A DNA stretch of 63,624 nucleotides, counting the filler, from Licmophora abbreviata (Eukaryota): NCBI GenBank assembly GCA_900291995.1. It is 13 parts of 13 records of this genome, joined end to end, with 100 filler letters (N's around TTAATTAATTAA, not from the genome) between each part and the next. Parts side by side here need not be neighbours in the genome. Positions count along the whole stretch, not along the records: positions 58,758 to 61,099 come from OLMU01002516.1; positions 61,200 to 62,362 come from OLMU01002530.1; positions 62,463 to 63,624 come from OLMU01002539.1; 10 more parts are not named here. One strand, given 5' to 3'. The notes below the pieces were generated by a model. That model saw only the letters and a program-made list of their open reading frames with translations. It was not told where the DNA came from and searched no databases. This document shows, one piece after another, positions 58,795 to 63,624 of the stretch. Made by a program: the position numbers and the translations under genes. How positions within the stretch are numbered: the stretch's first letter is position 1; every line of letters begins with the position of its first letter.

Positions 58795-61099
58795 ACCACT
58801 ATGCTTTCGAACGCCAAATTGGCGCTGCGATAATCCATAAAGGACACCAGGGTGCGAGACTGTCTCTTCGACAATCCTGGGGAAAACTGTGGAGCTTGGA
58901 GGCTGCGCAGGCTCTCTCGCGACTCGCGGAGGGCGAGTCATGGCAGGTTGGTCCGATGGGAGTATAGCTGCGACACTTTCCTGTCCAACTTGGCTTGCCC
59001 TCTTCCTTACAGAGGCCTTCCAGCCGCTAATGGTGGCACTTTCGCCTCCACCCTTCAATTCAGGCATATTCATGTTAGATCTCCAAACGATAAGATCCCT
59101 TGCCAAATCGGTAGTTCTTGTGGATAGGAAAGCCTCTGCCGTATTGATACCCTGTGCTCCAAGAAACTGTCTCGCAATGACACTCAAAGCGAAAACAGGA
59201 TCTTGGTCAAAAATAGACGAGTCAATTCTCTTCTTCCTCGGAATAGTCGGCTTTCTGTTCATTCTAGTACTTGTCGAAGCTGCGTCAATCTTTTCGTTTA
59301 CCGGTATACTTTCCTCCGCTTTCTTCCTCAGCTTTCCAATCCACTCGTATGCCAGCCGTGAGCATGACTGTGCCGGGGCGGGCTCATTTCTCTGCTCGCT
59401 CCTAAATTTGACAAGTGCCTGCATAAAGGGTGACGTGTGTGACTTGCCGCAGTCAATCAGTTGCTTCGCATTGTGTATCCCGACAGATGCCAGAAATGCC
59501 ACGTTTTCCGGTTTCAGCGTTTGAGCGAGAAATTCCTGTGACACGAGGCGTGCGTCGGTTTCTACCGACGGTACGCTCCGGGATGCGGAAGGAGGGAGAG
59601 CTTCGGGGGTTTCTTCAGCGTCAACGCCATACATGTCAGAATCCTCTCGTGCCGCATTCATCAATTCTGACTCGACTACCACCTTGCCCTTTTCTTTTTC
59701 GAGTTCCAGGGATTCGCGAACAGCGGTCTTCCATCCCGAGATCATTGCAACCTTTCCAGAACCCTTCAATTCCGACATGCCTTTTCTCTTGCGCCATGCA
59801 ACCAGTCGGGGTGACCAGCTCGTCGTCTGGCTGTCGACAAAGGCCTTTGGGTCAGTACACCCACATTCGTCAATCAAGAAATCTTTTGACGCTCCCGAGA
59901 GAACAGCGAACGCTCCTCCCATCCAATTTCTCGTGTCGTTGCTGGCCGGTGGTACTGAACATAGCCCAGTTTCGAGTCGGGCAGATAGACCGGCGATGTA
60001 ACGAGTTAGACTGAAAAGTTTCAGGTCAGACAAGCCACAATGTCGGCGCCAAATGTAAAACGCTGCAATGAACGGCGATGACTCGGTTTTTCGAACCGCA
60101 TAGAACTCAAACAACGTGTTAATCGACACGGACTTGAGAAAGTGTCTGATATGCTCAGGCAACAACACCCCGATCGGCCCCCCGAAAGAAAAGCGATTTA
60201 AGTTGCCATCTGCAAGATTGATTGTTGGCTGCGAGGATTTCAACCAATCCGTCAGCTGTGACCGCCACTTGTCAACAAGAATCCCCGCTCTTGACAGCTG
60301 ATTGTCCGAGGGGGTCGCCTCTTTCGTCACGAGAGTTTCGCCCCGATCTACATCGCCGACGTGTTGCTCGCCTGGGTCCGTTGTGGCGATCTGTGGTTTC
60401 CGAGCGGACAATGGTTGAGATATGTCATTGTCGACAAGGGGTTCTTCGGGGAGAGCGCCAGCCACGATAGCGGGTGTCGTATTGGTCGTATCAGTATCGT
60501 CGACACGCCGAGGAAATGAGAAGGACGCAACGCTCGCGGGGTGCTCGCCTGTGATCGTGTTGACAGGATTGGTCGCACTGAACTGAGAGCTCGTACCAGC
60601 GCCGTTGCTTACTTCATCGGCGGATCGGGTTGCATGGGTCTCAACGCCATATACCTCGCTTACAGGAACAGATGTTGGGGCTTTGATCGACGCCGTAGAT
60701 TTTAAAGAGGTCATTCCCGTGTTTTCCGCTTGAAGAGATGGCTCAGATACAGAAGTGTCCTTAGAGTTGAGAGCCAGAGAGCTCATCGCTAGATCAACTC
60801 GAAACTTGTCCGCGTCGAGCCGTTTCTGGGGGTTCCATCTCTTCGCCATTTTCGACGTTCGATCCCGGTAGAACATATTCAAGCTGATTGACCGTGAAAA
60901 TCCAGAATCTTTCGCCAAGCACTCGGCACTCCTCCTCCGCGAGAACTTCTGTCAGCTCTGCTTTTCCCTTCAACAATCGATTGGCGAAATCAATTTCCTT
61001 GGGGGAAGTGATCTCACTTACAGGCCGAGACGGAATCTTCGGGCGACCTGATTTCTTAGAAGATTTCTTCCCTCGAAGAGGCTCGCCATTTCTGTCTTT
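58795..61099 (-). CDS. Large hypothetical protein fragment with 4-5 copies of a ~65-aa helical repeat; probable +1 frameshift near 60830; may be the upstream part of the 56924-58657 gene
   Basis: One frame is open 61099-60794 and the next is open 60918-58762. Ends at a likely donor (AGT G|gtaggt, about 58794). Repeats follow L...FL...GI.....F......L..WR....M.ELKG.G..A.ISGWK..VR. Confidence 0.6.
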
Positions 61100-61200
61100 N
61101 NNNNNNNNNNNNNNNNNNNNNNNNNNNNNNNNNNNNNNNNNNNTTAATTAATTAANNNNNNNNNNNNNNNNNNNNNNNNNNNNNNNNNNNNNNNNNNNNT

Positions 61201-62362
61201 TCGTTCAAGAATACCGTCGATGCCGGTAGCGGTCGTCTCCGACGTGGCGAAGTGAGACTTCAGATTCGCAAGAAAGACAAACATGACCGAATCAAGAGCA
61301 AGCGCTCCTCCCGCCCCACCATTTGCTACAATGTCAACGACGTTTCGACGATGGTGAAAGAAGTGATGGCAAAGGAAAGTTGCAAAGAAGCGTTGAGTCT
61401 GGACGAAGTCAAGGTCGCAGCCCTGGGAGTCCGCCATGTTTTGAATTACACGCTCGACAATATGCCGGATCAGATGCCCAAGGTCCTCCAAGTCCTCGAC
61501 ACGCGCCTTCTCTTCGACTTTATTCTTACATGTCTTAAGTCTTCTCCTTGCGCTGGAGGGAGCTATGAGATGGCTGTAGCTTTGTCGACAATTCAAAGAG
61601 ATATGGCATGTGCGGCGTCCACCATCGCTTGCTCGCCGGGTATCGCTGGACTCGAAGAGAATCTCGAGCTTCTTCATCCCTTGCTCGACGTCACGACGCA
61701 GGACATTTTCGACCTCGAAACCTGTATGCACTCCTTCTACGCCATGGGTAACTTCGCCCAGGAAGGTCCCGCGTTTTGTGACCACCTTCTACAGCGCGGT
61801 CGTCAGCTGGCAGCTTCCTTGTAAGTTTTCGATCAGTGCGGTTGAACTATAGACACGCAGGGAAGAAGTTGCTCACTATCTTTCTATTGTTGTCTTGTTG
61901 TGACAGCGGAAACAGTGCTGCGATTGTACTCGAGAAGCAGTCGTGGCCTGTAGGTGCTGAAGAGATGACGGAGTACCTACAATCTGTTCTGCATTGTATG
62001 ACAAGCACGATCCATCACGAGGTGATCAAGAGAGAGTTCTTGAAAGGCTTCTTCATCCTGAGCAACGCGGTGTGGAAAGCGCATAAACAAAACACGCTTC
62101 ATCTTGCAGTGACGGACTTGACCTTCAAGTACATGCTAGCGATTGACCTTGCGGTCCTCGGTGCTTGTGAAGATTATGAGAGAGATAGTGTCGACGTGAC
62201 TCGTATTTTCCAGAGATCGCTGTCGTTTATTAACGACCGAGGTTTTTCCACAGATCTCCGTACGGAAGCAATGCGAGTTCTTGCGGAGCTGGCGAAGCGT
62301 GGAGGTCCATTGTGGATTGACAGAATCCTTGCGGCTGATTTCTTGACTATTGCGGCTATCCA
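61201..62362 (+). CDS. Divergent importin-alpha-like protein (IBB domain + ARM repeats), truncated at both ends; intron 61821-61906
   Basis: IBB-like SFKNTVDAGSGRLRRGEVRLQIRKKDKHDRIKSKR. ARM-like YAMGNFAQEGPAFCDHLL, FILSNAV and AMRVLAELA. Confidence 0.65.
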
Positions 62363-62498
62363 NNNNNNNNNNNNNNNNNNNNNNNNNNNNNNNNNNNNNN
62401 NNNNNNTTAATTAATTAANNNNNNNNNNNNNNNNNNNNNNNNNNNNNNNNNNNNNNNNNNNNACTAGTGCACAGCGTCAACTCGCAACAGCGCACTTA

Positions 62499-63316
62499 CG
62501 GAAAAATGGAACGCCGTCTGGGATTGGTTTGTTGGAAAAGTGACAGTGCTTCGAAATACGCCTCCACCCCGACGACAACAGAAGTTCGTCGGGAAGTCGA
62601 GAGAATTGGTTTGGGTACGTCTGTTCGACACGCCGCAAGTCCTCGTCGCAAATCGTTGGACATCCCTTGAGATTCATAGCGCTCGACAGCATGAGAACGA
62701 CATTCCCCATCAGAGTTAGTCCCTCGTAATGTTGCGTCGTCTTTCCGATTCCGGCCTTGGTAAAGTAGCATCGCTTGGCAAACGAGCTCGCGAGAGGCTT
62801 GCTCAGACCAGGGGTCGGTGGCGCAACGTCCCCGATCGGCGTCGAATCTTTCTTCTTCTTTGAATCCTTCTTTTTCTTGCGTCCGTCCTGATAGATCTCA
62901 TCTTCAGACAAAAACGACTCGCTGTCTTCACTAAACGCCTCGCGACCACGACGACTCGGCTTCTTCTTGGCATCCATTGCTTGCTCCGAATCGCTCTGCG
63001 AAAGGAAGGAATCACTTTCACTCGCCTGCATTTGCACCCGACTGCTCTTCCGGTGTCGACGACGACGATCCTCATCCTCCGTTGTCTCGTCTTCGGACGC
63101 AAGTCGTGACTCTTCTTCCGAAAAGTCGTCGCTGTACCCGTACGACGCGTCTCCATGTCTTCTAGTATTCTTGTCGTCTTCAAAGATGGGACCACAGACA
63201 GAGTCGATAATCTTGGCCGACAATTCATTCTCCTCGAGGCTTTGCAGGCTGTTACGCAGCTGGGAGCTAAGAGTTTTATCCCGCCTCCTCCGGGAGGAGC
63301 TGTGTTGATTGCCCAT
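62499..63316 (-). CDS. Hypothetical protein with N-myristoylation-type start (MGNQHS) and a conserved-looking C-terminal domain; continues after an intron into the gap
   Basis: Charged low-complexity N-half, then SSFAKRCYFTKAGIG...HYEGLTL...GCPTICDEDLRRVE...GWRRISK.CHFS.KPIPDG.PFF. Donor gtaagt at about 62498. Confidence 0.6.
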
Positions 63317-63624
63317 GGTCGAGGCTTGCTGAATTAATAGAAATAGCGACTGCCAAGACAATAACCTAGCCGGGCCCTTTCAGTCTGACTTCCTGCTTCG
63401 ACCCTTCGCTCCTGCACTCTTCTAGACTTCTTGCCAGCGCCTTTTGGATGATCCTAGAGCACGCTCACGACGGCAGGGTAAATCAATATGAGTACAACGC
63501 TTCTTTGTGGGAAGCCGTACAATACAGCGGCGGACGATGTCCACGCTCCCGTCCTGTCGTCATTGTGTGTGTTGGTCACACAGGGGATTCAGAGCCAGCT
63601 GGGATTCGCCTTCAATCAATTTAG

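Overview
A 63.6 kb, gene-dense stretch of a eukaryotic nuclear genome, most likely a pennate diatom. The evidence is short (~75-195 nt) GT-AG introns, bipartite signal+transit peptides with an ASAFAP-like cleavage site, and diatom-type hypothetical families. It is a scaffold of 13 contigs joined by 12 artificial 100-bp spacers (N44-TTAATTAATTAA-N44). At least three spacers are false gaps whose flanks overlap, so genes run straight through them. About 37 protein-coding genes or fragments are supportable: SLC35C2-type transporter, SCO1, ADCK2-type ABC1 kinase, S1+NKAP, GT90-like, HTTM protein, long-chain alcohol oxidase, prolyl 4-hydroxylase, WW-cyclin Y, 14-3-3, GPR180/TMEM145, proline iminopeptidase, PAO-type Rieske oxygenase, LPA2-like, cyclophilin, type II peroxiredoxin, cNMP-dependent kinase, ELM2-SANT-PHD, multicopper oxidase, IQ-HECT E3, ankyrin-like, HemA-like, importin-alpha-like and several hypotheticals. 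I saw no rRNA, tRNA, CRISPR array or transposon. The most notable items are: (1) a glutamyl-tRNA reductase paralogue lacking its NADPH-binding domain; (2) a secreted multicopper oxidase with a silacidin-like Ser/Asp/Glu tract, an RXL motif and Ser at the T1 axial-ligand position; (3) a prolyl hydroxylase fused to a VHL-beta-like domain; (4) S1-NKAP and WW-cyclin Y fusions; (5) about six single-base frameshifts in otherwise intact genes, probably homopolymer sequencing errors. All family calls come from recognising motifs by eye, not from database searches.
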